Positions 8,826 to 17,557 of a stretch of DNA of 64,000 bases are shown piece by piece. The translations under genes were made by a program, and so were the position numbers. Numbering within the stretch: the first letter of the stretch is position 1; the number at the start of each line of letters is the position of its first letter. Source of the stretch: an uncultured bacterium (GTDB lineage Bacteria > Omnitrophota > Omnitrophia > Omnitrophales > Abzuiibacteriaceae); contig CAYLXA010000002.1 of the NCBI GenBank assembly GCA_964387845.1, forward strand, positions 96,001-160,000, read 5' to 3'. The notes under the pieces were generated by a model. That model was given only the letters and a program-made list of their open reading frames with translations, had not been told where the DNA came from and made no database searches.

Positions 8826-9659
8826 ATGAGTGTACTTTCAGCAAGTGTTTCATTAATGCGGCGATTTACTTTATCGCTTCCCAAACCCATTTCAAACCAT
8901 GCCGCAAAAGCATACGAAAAGATTGGATCAACATTCATTGGGCTTTCAGATCAAATGAATTTTGTTCAAAGCGCATCGGGAATACGAAATGATACAGAAT
9001 CTTTTCGACGTGATCTGTTGTGCAAGTTTAACCGTATTCAAAATAATATGATCTGCGCACATCAACCAAATGAGCTTCTCATATTGTCAGACACGATTTT
9101 AAAACTCTCAATTCCCGGCGATATTGTAGAGCTGGGTTGTTATAAAGGAGGTTCATCTGCCAAATTAAGCTGGATAGCGGCGACTACGGGTCGAAAATTG
9201 TATGTTTGCGATTCATTCGAGGGGTTGCCACAGCCTAACGAGCACGATCAATTCCACAAATCGCTCATTGGGCGAGATAAGCATTACAATCAGGGAGATT
9301 ATTGTGGTCAGCTAGACGAAGTAAAGGATAATATTAACCGTTATGGCAGCATGGCGTCTTGCGAATTTATAAAAGGTTTTTTCTCAAATTCGTTAAAAGA
9401 TCTAAAAGTAAAACCAGCACTCATTTTTATGGATGTGGACCTTATTGATTCAGCGCGTGATTGCCTCATTCATTTATGGAATAAGCTGGAAAAGGGCGGA
9501 AAATATTTTACTCACGAAGCCACGATGTTAAATTTTATAACTGAACTTACGAATCATGATTGGTGGCAAAGAAATTTTGGGCATCCAGCTCCTATTCTAA
9601 TGGGAGTCGGATTTGGCATGTCAGATCAAGCAAAAAATCTTGCTTTTTTCCAAAAATAA
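8826..9659 (+). CDS. TylF/MycF-family class I SAM-dependent (O- or N-)methyltransferase
   Basis: VELGCYKGGSSAKLS glycine-rich SAM motif, DSFEGLP, FMDVDL; family typical of sugar methyltransferases. Confidence 0.5.
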   Translation: MSVLSASVSLMRRFTLSLPKPISNHAAKAYEKIGSTFIGLSDQMNFVQSASGIRNDTESFRRDLLCKFNRIQNNMICAHQPNELLILSDTILKLSIPGDIVELGCYKGGSSAKLSWIAATTGRKLYVCDSFEGLPQPNEHDQFHKSLIGRDKHYNQGDYCGQLDEVKDNINRYGSMASCEFIKGFFSNSLKDLKVKPALIFMDVDLIDSARDCLIHLWNKLEKGGKYFTHEATMLNFITELTNHDWWQRNFGHPAPILMGVGFGMSDQAKNLAFFQK

Positions 9660-9661
9660 TT

Positions 9662-10495
9662 ATGACCAAAACAATGCCATCGATAATGATAAATTTAAAT
9701 AAAAAAGCATTGCTCGATATCGCTGAGCAAAAACACCATGAATATGTGACTGCAAGTCCGTTCCCGCATATAGTGATTGATGATTTTCTTCCTCCAGATA
9801 TTTTAGATGTTGTTTTAGAAGAATTTCCAAACCCAGGCGATCCTGTTTGGCTTCAGCATGTTCACGCGAATAGTAAAAAAATGGCATGTAACGATGTTGA
9901 TAAAATGGGACAAATCACTCAACAACTTTTTTATCAATTTAATTCTGCGCTTATCATTGAGTTTCTAGAGAAGCTAACCGGCATTTCGGGACTAATTCCA
10001 GACACAAATTTTACAGGTGGAGGACTTCATTGTATTGGAGAAGGGGGATTTCTAAAAATCCATGCGGATTTTAATTTTCATGAAAAATTAAAATTAGACC
10101 GACGTCTCAATCTACTTGTTTACCTCAACAAAAATTGGAAAGAAGATTACGGCGGCCATTTGGAATTATGGGACAAGAAAATGACTCATAGCGTTAAAAA
10201 AATTCTCCCCATTTTTAATCGTTGTGTTGTATTTGATACCACCGATTTTTCGTTTCATGGCCATCCCGATCCTTTGCAATGCCCTAATAACGTCTATCGA
10301 AAGTCATTAGCTCTCTATTATTATTCCAATGGACGTCCCCTGGAAGAGAAGTCAGATTCGCACTCTACTCTCTATCAGGCGCGGCCACATGAAATTCGGA
10401 TGAAGCACGTTGTTAAAAAGCTATTACCTCCGATTATTTTTGATTTTCTTGTGGATGCAAAAACAAATTTAAAGAAAAAATCTAAAAAAGCATGA
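9662..10495 (+). CDS. 2OG-Fe(II) oxygenase superfamily protein
   Basis: HADFNFH...H motif (HxD...H facial triad pattern: IHADFN, HGHPDP), family commonly found in LPS/glycan loci; start at MTKTMPS (9662). Confidence 0.45.
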   Translation: MTKTMPSIMINLNKKALLDIAEQKHHEYVTASPFPHIVIDDFLPPDILDVVLEEFPNPGDPVWLQHVHANSKKMACNDVDKMGQITQQLFYQFNSALIIEFLEKLTGISGLIPDTNFTGGGLHCIGEGGFLKIHADFNFHEKLKLDRRLNLLVYLNKNWKEDYGGHLELWDKKMTHSVKKILPIFNRCVVFDTTDFSFHGHPDPLQCPNNVYRKSLALYYYSNGRPLEEKSDSHSTLYQARPHEIRMKHVVKKLLPPIIFDFLVDAKTNLKKKSKKA

Positions 10496-10499
10496 AGCT

Positions 10500-11723
10500 A
10501 TGACGCAATCTGAAACTCAAAATAAATTTAAAACCAAGTACGGTTTGCCGTCAGAAGTAATTTTCTGCAAGCGTTGCGTCATGTCAAACCAGCGGCCCGC
10601 TTCAAGTAAAGAATTCAAGCATACCAAATCTCAAAAACACACAACGCTTAATATTCCAAACGATGGTATCTGCGATGCGTGCCGTTACGCGGATAAAAAA
10701 GAAGAAATCAATTGGAAAAGCCGAGAAGCCGAACTTTTGAAACTGCTCGACCGCCACCGCAAAACGGACGGAACTTACGATTGCATTGTTCCTGGAAGCG
10801 GCGGAAAAGACAGTGTTTATGCAGCGCACTTGCTCAAATACAAATACGGTATGCATCCTTTGACGGTCACTTGGCCGCCAATTCTTTACACCGATATTGG
10901 TTACGCGAATTTTAGAAATTGGCTCTACAAAGGCGGTTTCGATAACATTTCGTTTAATTACAACGCCAAAGTTCATGCACTATTAACAAGACTCGCCATC
11001 GAAAACCTTCTTCATCCTTTTCAACCTTTTATTCTTGGACAAAAAAACCTCGCGCCCAAGCTCGCTTTAAAATATGAAGTGCCTTTGATTTTCTACGGTG
11101 AAAGTGAAGCAGAATATGGAAATCCGCTTGCAGAGACCGCAACCTCGCTCCGCGATAAATCTTATTTCACGATGGAAAATCTTTCCGATATTCATTTGGG
11201 CGGCGTAAGCGTGAAAGAACTTCAGGAAAAATACAAACTCACAATCAACGACATTATGACTTATTTGCCGCCGACGGCATCCGAGGTCGCCAAAATGAAT
11301 ATGGAAGTTCATTACCTTGGTTATTATTTAAAATGGACACCGCAGGAAGCCTATTATTACTCGGTTGAAAATGTGGGTTTTCAGGCAAATCCATTCCGCA
11401 CCGAAGGCACTTACAGCAAATACAACAGTTTGGATGATAAAATAGACGGCTTCCACTATTACACCACTTTCATTAAATTTGGCTTAGGTCGCGCAAGTTA
11501 CGATGCATCACAAGAAATTCGCAACAAACATTTGACGCGGGAAGAAGGTATAGCGCTTGTCCGCAAGTTTGACGGGGAGTTTCCTCAAAAATATTTTCAG
11601 GAAATCATGGACTATATCGGCATGAAGCCCGATCATTTTCTGGATCTTTGCGACCAATTCCGGTCTCCGCATTTATGGAAAAAAGAAAATGGGAAGTGGA
11701 TCTTGCGCTATCCGGTCAATTAA
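10500..11723 (+). CDS. N-acetyl sugar amidotransferase (PP-loop ATP pyrophosphatase, WbuX/PseA-type)
   Basis: PP-loop SGGKDS within CIVPGSGGKDSVYAAHLL; N-terminal Cys cluster CKRCVMSN...CDACRY; genomic pairing with hisH/hisF paralogues as in WbuXYZ systems. Confidence 0.75.
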   Translation: MTQSETQNKFKTKYGLPSEVIFCKRCVMSNQRPASSKEFKHTKSQKHTTLNIPNDGICDACRYADKKEEINWKSREAELLKLLDRHRKTDGTYDCIVPGSGGKDSVYAAHLLKYKYGMHPLTVTWPPILYTDIGYANFRNWLYKGGFDNISFNYNAKVHALLTRLAIENLLHPFQPFILGQKNLAPKLALKYEVPLIFYGESEAEYGNPLAETATSLRDKSYFTMENLSDIHLGGVSVKELQEKYKLTINDIMTYLPPTASEVAKMNMEVHYLGYYLKWTPQEAYYYSVENVGFQANPFRTEGTYSKYNSLDDKIDGFHYYTTFIKFGLGRASYDASQEIRNKHLTREEGIALVRKFDGEFPQKYFQEIMDYIGMKPDHFLDLCDQFRSPHLWKKENGKWILRYPVN

Positions 11724-11747
11724 GCCGGTATTTACCGAGCGATTTTT

Positions 11748-13547
11748 ATGACACAGCCGCAAGCAATCAAATACAGCTCTCTGCTTTATTTTATATTGCA
11801 GTATAAAAAAAATTTTTTTGTTTTATTAACTGCAACTCTCGCCGTATCATTTTTTGAAATTTGTCAATTGGCCGCAATGCTGCCAATTTTGAACCGTTTA
11901 ATTCCTGCCACGTCACCCAACGTGCCTGTGCCCGGGTTAAAATTTTTTGAAGGTGCCATTGCAATGGCTCCCTTCAAAGAAACACTAATCTCGGCCGTGG
12001 CTGTGTTTGCTGTTGTTGTGATTGTGCGTTTTTTTATTGTATTCACCGCCGAGCTTTTAAATCATCGAACAACCCAGGAAATCATCTATCAAACAAAAAG
12101 AAAAATTCTCAAAAAAACCTTGGCATCCAAGTACCAATTTTTCCTCGACAGTAAGCACGGAGACCTTTTTTTTATTTGCATTACGGCGCCCGAGAATGCC
12201 GGCGCTTATTTGTCTATTTTCGTTTCAGCTGTGATTTACTTTTTTACCACCATTGCAATTCTAGGGTTTTTGCTATCGATCAATTTTGTTGTCACTTGTT
12301 CCATTATTTTACTCGGGCTTTTGTATTATTTAGGTACGCGGAAGATTTCCGTGCGCGTTTCGTATGTAGGTGGCCAAAAAAGGATCGGTTTGATCAAAGA
12401 ACAACATGGTCTGATTCAAGAATCTCTGCAAGGCATTAAATACATCATTACTTATGGAAAACAGGAGCCTTTGCAGCGAGTGTTTGACCGATCAAGCCGT
12501 GCATTTTGCGATCAAGTCCATCGAGACACTTTCTGGCAGACTCTATTGCAAAAAGTACCAGAGCCAGCACTTTTACTTCTCGCTTCTTCAGGCATCATTC
12601 TGTTGGTAACGTCTATCGGTCAACAAGCCGTCGGAAGTTATCTCAACATCATCGGCGTTTACTTTTTTGCAATCCAAAGAATTATTCCCGCCTTAAATAA
12701 ATTCAGCACCTCTGCTTTTCAAGTGCTGGCCGGCATGCCCAACTTAGAGGCGTGTCAGAATTTTTTGGAAGCTCCTATTGAAAAACAGGCTGACGGCAGC
12801 ATCGCCGTTGATCAGCTTAAGGATGCGATCAGATTTGAGAATGTCAGTTTGACATATCCAAACGGTAAGCATGTCTTGAAAAGTGTGAGTATGATTTTTA
12901 GGAAGGGGAAAACAACCGCAATTGTCGGGGAATCCGGATCCGGTAAGACTTCGGTGGTTAATTTAATTTTGGGCCTGCACCATGCGAGTAACGGCTCTAT
13001 CCTCATTGACGAACATTCGCTGAGCGATGTCAGAATGAGTACTTTGCTGAGCAAAATCGGCTATGTTGGGCAGGAGACATTTCTACTCCACGCCAGCGTT
13101 AAAGATAACATTGCTTTTTACGATCAGTACTCGGATGAAAAAATCATGGAAGCTGCCAAAATGGCGGACGCGGCTGAATTTATCGAAGAACTGCCAGATC
13201 GATATGACACCATTGTGGGGTCCGGAGGTATGAAGCTTTCGGGCGGCCAGCGTCAACGGCTTGCGATTGCGCGCGCATTGTTGCGGCGGCCGGAGATTTT
13301 AGTGTTAGATGAGGCAACCAGTAACTTGGATAGCATTTCAGAAGGCGTTGTGCAGCAAACCATCAATCACATTGCTCAGTATTATACGGTTATTGTCGTT
13401 GCGCACAAATTATCAACGGTGAAAAGTGCCGATCAGATCTACGTACTGCACGATGGTCAAATAGCAGAATCCGGTACGCATGAAGCATTGATGGAAAGAC
13501 GCGGAAAATATTACCAGCTGCATTTTATTTCCAGCGGTTCTGATTAA
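11748..13547 (+). CDS. ABC exporter, fused permease/ATPase (MsbA-like)
   Basis: 6 N-terminal TM helices; Walker A GESGSGKTS, signature LSGGQRQRLAIARAL, Walker B ILVLDEATSNLD. Confidence 0.85.
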   Translation: MTQPQAIKYSSLLYFILQYKKNFFVLLTATLAVSFFEICQLAAMLPILNRLIPATSPNVPVPGLKFFEGAIAMAPFKETLISAVAVFAVVVIVRFFIVFTAELLNHRTTQEIIYQTKRKILKKTLASKYQFFLDSKHGDLFFICITAPENAGAYLSIFVSAVIYFFTTIAILGFLLSINFVVTCSIILLGLLYYLGTRKISVRVSYVGGQKRIGLIKEQHGLIQESLQGIKYIITYGKQEPLQRVFDRSSRAFCDQVHRDTFWQTLLQKVPEPALLLLASSGIILLVTSIGQQAVGSYLNIIGVYFFAIQRIIPALNKFSTSAFQVLAGMPNLEACQNFLEAPIEKQADGSIAVDQLKDAIRFENVSLTYPNGKHVLKSVSMIFRKGKTTAIVGESGSGKTSVVNLILGLHHASNGSILIDEHSLSDVRMSTLLSKIGYVGQETFLLHASVKDNIAFYDQYSDEKIMEAAKMADAAEFIEELPDRYDTIVGSGGMKLSGGQRQRLAIARALLRRPEILVLDEATSNLDSISEGVVQQTINHIAQYYTVIVVAHKLSTVKSADQIYVLHDGQIAESGTHEALMERRGKYYQLHFISSGSD

Positions 13548-13550
13548 GCT

Positions 13551-14693
13551 ATGAAGTCCGTTTTATTTATCAAGCCGCCGATGCGGTACGGTAAGTTTTA
13601 TTTTCGGATCGCGCAATACATCGAGTATTTCAAGAAAAATGATTGGGAAATTAACGTTTTATATCCGGCTCCGGACGGCGCGACACTGGTTCAAAAGCTT
13701 TCAGCGGCGGACATTTTTTATAAAGCATGTCATTTGCTGGCGCAATTTCCAAAGTTTTTGGTAGATCTGGCAAAGTGCGACCTGGTTATTGTATTTCCTT
13801 CGCCCACGATGGTACTTTATGCGGTTTGGGTTGGCTTGTTTCAGAAAAAAATGCTAATTGAACACACGGTTTCTTACATCTCTCACCGGGATGTGTGGCC
13901 TTGGTATCCTGTTTGGCTGGACAGGTTGCTATATCGGCAGTCAGCCGCGGTCATGACTCATACCGAAAGTATGCGCGAAAGCTTGGTGAAGCAGTTTAAG
14001 CTTCCTGGCCGTCAAGTTGTTGCGTCGTACTGTAATGTGGATCTGGAGAAATTTTCTCCCCGATACGATAATGAGGTTTTGTCGTTAAAGAAAAAGTTAG
14101 GCATTCTTTCGAAGAAAGTAGTGTTTTATCATGGGCTGATGCATGAGTGGCATGGCGTGGACTTGATTTTAGAGGCGGCAAATCGAGTATCCCAAAAACA
14201 TTCGGATGTTGTATTCGTGTTCATGACAGGCGTATCGGATATTTTTAACGGATTACCGGATTATATTTTGCATCTAAACGAACGCGATTACTATACGTGG
14301 GAAACGTTGCCGGTTTTTATTCAATTGGCGGATATTTGGGTTAGTGGATTTCGAAATGTTCAGCGCGGCGATCAAACGTTTGGATCTACTTTAATTCAGG
14401 CGCTGGCCATGGGTCGAACCGTTATTACATCCGACAGCCCGGAAAAAAGAAAATTCTTAAGAAATCAAGAAAATGCATTGCTGGTAAAGTCCGAATCCGC
14501 TTCGGCGATCGAGGAAGGTATTTTGTATTGCTTGAGTCATGAATCAGAGAGTAAAAGACTGGGCGCCGAAGCCAGAAAGATAGCGGAGCGTTCTTTCTCG
14601 ATTCAAGCACTCGAGGAAAAGCTTGATCAACTGAGCGCGCATAATTCCGACCGTGCAATTAAAGAATCGCAGCAGAAAGTTTTTGCGCCATGA
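13551..14693 (+). CDS. glycosyltransferase family 4 (GT-B, retaining)
   Basis: Glycos_transf_1-like C-terminal domain (VFYHGLMHEWHGVDL, GRTVITSDSPE). Confidence 0.6.
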   Translation: MKSVLFIKPPMRYGKFYFRIAQYIEYFKKNDWEINVLYPAPDGATLVQKLSAADIFYKACHLLAQFPKFLVDLAKCDLVIVFPSPTMVLYAVWVGLFQKKMLIEHTVSYISHRDVWPWYPVWLDRLLYRQSAAVMTHTESMRESLVKQFKLPGRQVVASYCNVDLEKFSPRYDNEVLSLKKKLGILSKKVVFYHGLMHEWHGVDLILEAANRVSQKHSDVVFVFMTGVSDIFNGLPDYILHLNERDYYTWETLPVFIQLADIWVSGFRNVQRGDQTFGSTLIQALAMGRTVITSDSPEKRKFLRNQENALLVKSESASAIEEGILYCLSHESESKRLGAEARKIAERSFSIQALEEKLDQLSAHNSDRAIKESQQKVFAP

Positions 14694-15355
14694 AACCGGC
14701 AATGGATTCATTGTCATATACTTTCCGAAGGCGGTTGTTGGATAATTCTTTAAATCGCCACTGTGCTCATTTGGAAGAGCCGGTCGTTGAGATTGGGAAC
14801 GGCACCCGCGACCGGCGCGGGCGGTATCAACCGCGGCAATCTAAATGGTTTGTTGTTGATATCGAAAATAGCAAACGCCCTAATTTGCTCGCTGATGGAG
14901 AGCAGCTGCCGTTTCACGACCAATCAGTAGCAACCGTAGTTGCGCTTGAAGTTTTAGAACATGTAAAAAGGCCCGAGCATTTCTTAAAAGAAATTCACAG
15001 GGCGTTAAAACCAAACGGAGAATTTCTTTTAAGCATGCCTTTTTTGTACCGATATCACGCGGCTCCTCATGATTTTCAGCGGTATACGGAACCTAAATTG
15101 AGAACGATTCTGGCGGAATCCGGTTTTTCGATTGAGCAACTTGAATATCACGGATTTTATTTTACGGTGATGAGCGAGCAGATTAAATCGCTGCTGGCTA
15201 GAATTGCACCCAAGTGGTTGCGGCAGTTGTTGGGCATTATGGTGTTGCCGTTTTTATGGTTTCTTGTTTTTCTTGATCGCACATCATGGGTTGCAAAATC
15301 TGATTTTTTGACGAGTTATACAACAGGTTTTTTTGTCGTAGCACGCAAAGCCTAG
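14690..15355 (+). CDS. class I SAM-dependent methyltransferase (Methyltransf_11-like)
   Basis: LKPNGEFLLSMPF motif; ATGA overlap with upstream gene. Confidence 0.5.
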   Translation: MKPAMDSLSYTFRRRLLDNSLNRHCAHLEEPVVEIGNGTRDRRGRYQPRQSKWFVVDIENSKRPNLLADGEQLPFHDQSVATVVALEVLEHVKRPEHFLKEIHRALKPNGEFLLSMPFLYRYHAAPHDFQRYTEPKLRTILAESGFSIEQLEYHGFYFTVMSEQIKSLLARIAPKWLRQLLGIMVLPFLWFLVFLDRTSWVAKSDFLTSYTTGFFVVARKA

Positions 15356-15368
15356 AACGGAGAAACAA

Positions 15369-16379
15369 ATGAATCTTAAAGGCAAAAGAGTTCTGGTTAC
15401 CGGAGCCGATGGTTTTATCGGTTCTCATTTGACCGAAGCGCTGGTGAGGCGTGGATGTAACGTACGCGCGTTCGTATTTTACAATTCGTTCAATTCATGG
15501 GGCTGGCTGGATGAGTCGCCAAAGGATATCAGAAAGTCTTTGGACGTGGTTGCTGGAGATGTCCGCGATCCGCACGGTGTCCGAGAAGCCGTAAAGGGAT
15601 GTGACGTTGTCATGCACCTGGCAGCGCTTATTTCAATTCCGTTTTCGTATCATTCGCCGGATGCTTTTGTTGATACAAACATAAAGGGGACTCTCAACGT
15701 GTTGCAGGCATCTCGAGATTCAAAAGTAAGCAAAATTATTCATACCTCCACGAGCGAAGTTTACGGAACCGCGCAGTTTGTGCCCATTACGGAAGAGCAC
15801 CCATTGCAGGGCCAATCACCCTATTCGGCCTCAAAAATTGGGGCTGATCAGATGGCTACGGCTTTTCACTCAGCGTTCCAAACACCGGTTTGTATTTTTC
15901 GGCCGTTCAATACATATGGTCCAAGGCAGTCAGCGCGCGCGGTTATTCCTTCTATTATTATTCAAATCGCAACGGGAAAGAGTGAGATCAAGCTTGGATC
16001 TGTCCATCCAACTCGAGATTTTACCTATGTATCCGACACGGTCGAAGGTTTTATCAAAGCCGCGGAATCAGAAAAGTCGGTTGGCGAGGTGATTAACGGG
16101 GGTAGTAATTTTGAGATCTCAATTTCGGATACCGTAAAATTGATTAGCAAAATCTTAAACCGAAAAATTGCGGTCATAAGCGATAATCAAAGAATTCGCC
16201 CGAAAGCAAGCGAGGTGGAGCGATTGTGGGCTGACAATAAGAAGGCAAAAAAACTACTTAACTGGAAGCCTGCGCATAGCGGTTTAGAAGGTTTTGAAAA
16301 GGGGCTAAGAAAAACCGTGGACTGGATCTCGCAAGCGGATATTTTAAAGCGATACAAAGAAGAGATTTATAACATTTAA
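15369..16379 (+). CDS. NAD-dependent sugar-nucleotide 4,6-dehydratase/epimerase, extended SDR (LegB/PseB/RmlB-like)
   Basis: Rossmann VLVTGADGFIGSHL, catalytic YSASK (SPYSASKIGADQ); RBS GGAGA. Confidence 0.8.
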   Translation: MNLKGKRVLVTGADGFIGSHLTEALVRRGCNVRAFVFYNSFNSWGWLDESPKDIRKSLDVVAGDVRDPHGVREAVKGCDVVMHLAALISIPFSYHSPDAFVDTNIKGTLNVLQASRDSKVSKIIHTSTSEVYGTAQFVPITEEHPLQGQSPYSASKIGADQMATAFHSAFQTPVCIFRPFNTYGPRQSARAVIPSIIIQIATGKSEIKLGSVHPTRDFTYVSDTVEGFIKAAESEKSVGEVINGGSNFEISISDTVKLISKILNRKIAVISDNQRIRPKASEVERLWADNKKAKKLLNWKPAHSGLEGFEKGLRKTVDWISQADILKRYKEEIYNI

Positions 16380-16381
16380 CA

Positions 16382-17557
16382 ATGAAGCGAATAAAATCCA
16401 ACATAGACGCCACAAGTGTTCTGAAGGCTGTTAGGAAGTGCTTGCCCGGGGACAGTCGCCCCATCCAACTTCACGAGCCCTGGTTTGCCGGCAACGAGCA
16501 GAAGTATGTCAGTGCGTGCATTAAGAGCGGGATTGTTTCATCGATCGGGCCTTATGTTGAACAGTTTGAGAAACAATTGATCCGATTGACAGGCTCAAAA
16601 TTTGCAATTGCCACGATCAACGGAACAGCTGGGCTTCATACGGCACTCCGAATGGCCGGAGTAGAGGCAAATGATGAGGTTTTAGTGCCGTCATTGTCAT
16701 TCGTTGCAACATCAAATGCGATCGCGTATTGCGGCGCTATTCCTCATTTTATTGACAGTGAGATGCGGGCGCTTGGCGTTGATCCGCACAAGCTTCAGGA
16801 TTATTTGGTAAAAATATCCAAACGGCGAAATAGCGGCTTCATCAATAAAACAACAGGCCGGAGAATAAGAGCGGCGGTTGTGGTGCATACATTCGGCCAC
16901 CCGGCGGATCTTGACGCTATCCAGGCAGTTTGCAAAAAATTTAAACTTCCACTAATTGAAGATGCTGCAGAATCGATCGGATCCTATTACAAAGGGAAGC
17001 ACACCGGTACAATCGGAGACTTTGGTGTTTTAAGCTTTAACGGCAACAAAACAATCACGTCAGGCGGCGGAGGCGCGATTTTAGTACAGAATCAAAAACT
17101 GGCAAAACATCTCCGGCACATTACAACCACCGCTAAAATACCTCATGCTTGGCGTTATTATCATGATGAAATCGGATATAATTATCGGCTTCCCAATCTA
17201 AACGCTGCGCTTGGCTGTGCGCAATTGGAGTCGCTGCCGATGTTTATCAAGCGCAAACGGGCCTTAGCCAAACGTTACGAGAAGGCTTTCTCCCATATTA
17301 ATGGAGTTAGTTTTATTAAGGAACCTCCTTTTGCAAAAAGCAACTACTGGCTAAATGCTGTCAGGCTGGAAGGTGTTGGATTGCGGGAAAGAGATCGGTT
17401 TTTAACGCTTATGCACACGCACAACATTAAAACAAGGCCGGTGTGGACACTGACGCATCGTCTTCCTATGTATCGAAATTGCCCGCGAATGGATATGTCC
17501 GTATCAGAGAAAATTGAAAAAGAAACTATTAACCTGCCCAGCAGCCCAGCGTTATGA
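16382..17557 (+). CDS. DegT/DnrJ/EryC1/StrS-family PLP-dependent sugar aminotransferase (LegC/PseC-like)
   Basis: Family-typical segments GDEVLVPSLSFVATSNAI, FGVLSFNGNKTITSGGGGAIL (PLP-lysine region). Confidence 0.8.
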   Translation: MKRIKSNIDATSVLKAVRKCLPGDSRPIQLHEPWFAGNEQKYVSACIKSGIVSSIGPYVEQFEKQLIRLTGSKFAIATINGTAGLHTALRMAGVEANDEVLVPSLSFVATSNAIAYCGAIPHFIDSEMRALGVDPHKLQDYLVKISKRRNSGFINKTTGRRIRAAVVVHTFGHPADLDAIQAVCKKFKLPLIEDAAESIGSYYKGKHTGTIGDFGVLSFNGNKTITSGGGGAILVQNQKLAKHLRHITTTAKIPHAWRYYHDEIGYNYRLPNLNAALGCAQLESLPMFIKRKRALAKRYEKAFSHINGVSFIKEPPFAKSNYWLNAVRLEGVGLRERDRFLTLMHTHNIKTRPVWTLTHRLPMYRNCPRMDMSVSEKIEKETINLPSSPAL

